64,000 bases of DNA from Phoronis australis (taxonomy: Eukaryota > Animalia > Phoronida), in assembly GCA_002633005.1 (NCBI GenBank), contig NMRA01000725.1, positions 103,025 through 167,024 on the forward strand. Reading direction: 5' to 3'. Made by a program: the position numbers and the translations under genes. Positions 62,206 through 64,000 of the stretch are shown here, piece after piece. The notes beneath the pieces were generated by a model. It was not told the DNA's origin. It worked only from the letters and a program-made list of their open reading frames with translations, and ran no database searches. Numbering within the stretch: position 1 is the stretch's first letter; each line of letters starts with the position of its first letter.

Positions 62206-63436
62206 GATGGCCTCCGTGTCCTAAGCGATAAGTTTCCTGGTTGTCCTCAGTGAAAAGCTTAGTAGTCGCTAAAAATATACAGTCGGTGGCGTTTGTTAAT
62301 ACAGGACCCCTTTTCGTCAAAGACCGTAGACCTTGCCTTAGGTAATACGATCGTATCTGGATTTTTATTGACAAGCAAACGGTTAAGCTTGAATGTGAAC
62401 TACGATCACGTACACATCAGTAGTAATGCTTCGCCGCTCTAAATGCACAGTCGCCTTCGTGATGACGTGCCAACGACGTTTTAGTAGTTACGACCGTGGC
62501 CGTTCATAAAATTCGGTGAATATCTTTCGTTGAATACCGTATAACACTGGAAAATGTACAATGGAAAACCCAACAAGACCGAAGCTAATTTACTCGCTTG
62601 TCAAAAAGTCCGAACTAATAAAAAGGACCAGATCACAAACCTGTCGGCTGTACGAAATTTAACCTTATATTTTTTCCTTTACAAGTTTCGCCAGAATAAT
62701 CGCCCAAGTAGAAGGGTAGTAACTTATTTACAGCGTCTTCCGACTGGCAGACTGATCTAATCACAAGACACGTTTTTCTTGGAAACGATTTTCTTGAGCC
62801 TTGGGTGGTGCGTCATGGCAACTTACTGTGCGTTGTATTGACCTAATTTCTTGGTAGACAAGCAAGACTTTGGTATTGCAAGGGACGCACGTGAACACTA
62901 GCCTCATTAGCAAGATTCTTTTGTTTAAAAATACCCACAATGAATGTTTACACAGGTTCTTTCACCGGCCAGTGCACGTTACTTGATCGATAAATCAATT
63001 TTCACAACAACGTGACAGCGCTGAATGGACAAAAAGAAAAACCGGACTTCTCTGTGAATAGGGTAATAAAATATTTGCTTCATTGTCTTTGCATCCACTA
63101 CTAAGTTTCGGAGTTCCTGTAGGCCCTAATATCGATATAAAGCTATGCCTGGCCGGGTAGACCGTATAACTTGAGGGCATGGCTGTAGAAACAATCGATG
63201 TCCATCACGATAACTGGTGGTTCACGAGCTTGAGCAGGCCGCCATAGTCGAAGATATTCATATTTTATTGATCATGTCGACATGAAATGTTTGTCACCCG
63301 ACCAACATGACATTTACGTATTGACTGGTTTTCGACCAAAATCAATGTCATACATATGATAACTCGTCCTACCCTGAAGAAAACTGCCTCTATTCTTGCA
63401 CCTCCAGGGTCGGCCGCGTGACGTCACTAATACACC

Positions 63437-63755
63437 TTTCAAGGCTTTATAAATTTCATGGATAAAAAGCTTACTACATCGAAATCAAAATGGGTGAAAT
63501 TGTTTGAACTTGAAACAGGGATTGCAAAGTCAAATATTATAATGTTTTTTATTAAGTACCATACTGAAGTAATCGATCCTTTTTGGAACGAACTTCTAAG
63601 AAACTCGTCTTTTCTCATAAGTAAACAGCCCCACAAATATGCGAATGATTTACTCTCAACAAGTTTATGGCATAATGATGAAATACTAATAGACAGAAAA
63701 TCTATCTACTTTAACAAGTATGCTCGTGGTGGTGTTCTTTTTATTAATGACCTTG
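63437..63755 (+). mobile_element. LINE (L1/Tx1-like) ORF2 C-terminal remnant
   Basis: PFWNELL...SLWHNDEILIDRKSIYF...GVLFINDL resembles the post-RT region of L1/Tx1 ORF2. Confidence 0.55.
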
Positions 63756-64000
63756 TAAGATACTTCACGTTTATTTGCTCCGGTTGGCTCATCATGGTCA
63801 CGTGTATATTCATGACTGAATGGACTGAATGTAATTTGCATATGACCTGACCCTCTTTTCAGTATAAGTGTTGTGCGCTGACTCGATTTACTCACATTGT
63901 GGCAGTGCATATTTGGCGTCAGTGAGGAGAGCCAGGGAGCGGCAGTATTGAGGTATTTTTCATGGTGTTTTCGTATTTGGTATTGCCGAATTTGCATTTG

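Overview
AT-rich, intron-containing eukaryotic (invertebrate, probably marine lophotrochozoan; inferred) genomic DNA with two large minus-strand genes. (1) A large lipid transfer protein gene of apolipophorin-II/I type. I traced 19 exons by hand with GT-AG sites and consistent phases from 27797 to 9636 (at least 2796 aa, incomplete at the 3' end). It includes a 4.3-kb exon, part of which recurs as an in-frame second copy at 1-3214 beyond a single-N assembly join. (2) A sacsin-like gene (7 exons, about 3239 aa, 62205-34672) with only two sacsin repeats (SRR1-like and SRR3-like), a J-like domain lacking HPD, and a C-terminal HEPN domain. Introns and intergenic DNA hold a decayed AcademX-type transposon with an adjacent empty-site copy, several MITEs, a THAP/Kolobok-like remnant and a LINE remnant. 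They also hold two repeat families sharing a hairpin plus inverted end-junction architecture (Crypton-like; one carries a tRNA-derived Pol III module) and a tRNA-derived head fused to a minimal hammerhead ribozyme motif. No CRISPR array, rRNA or intact tRNA gene was seen. All family assignments come from motif recognition, not database searches.
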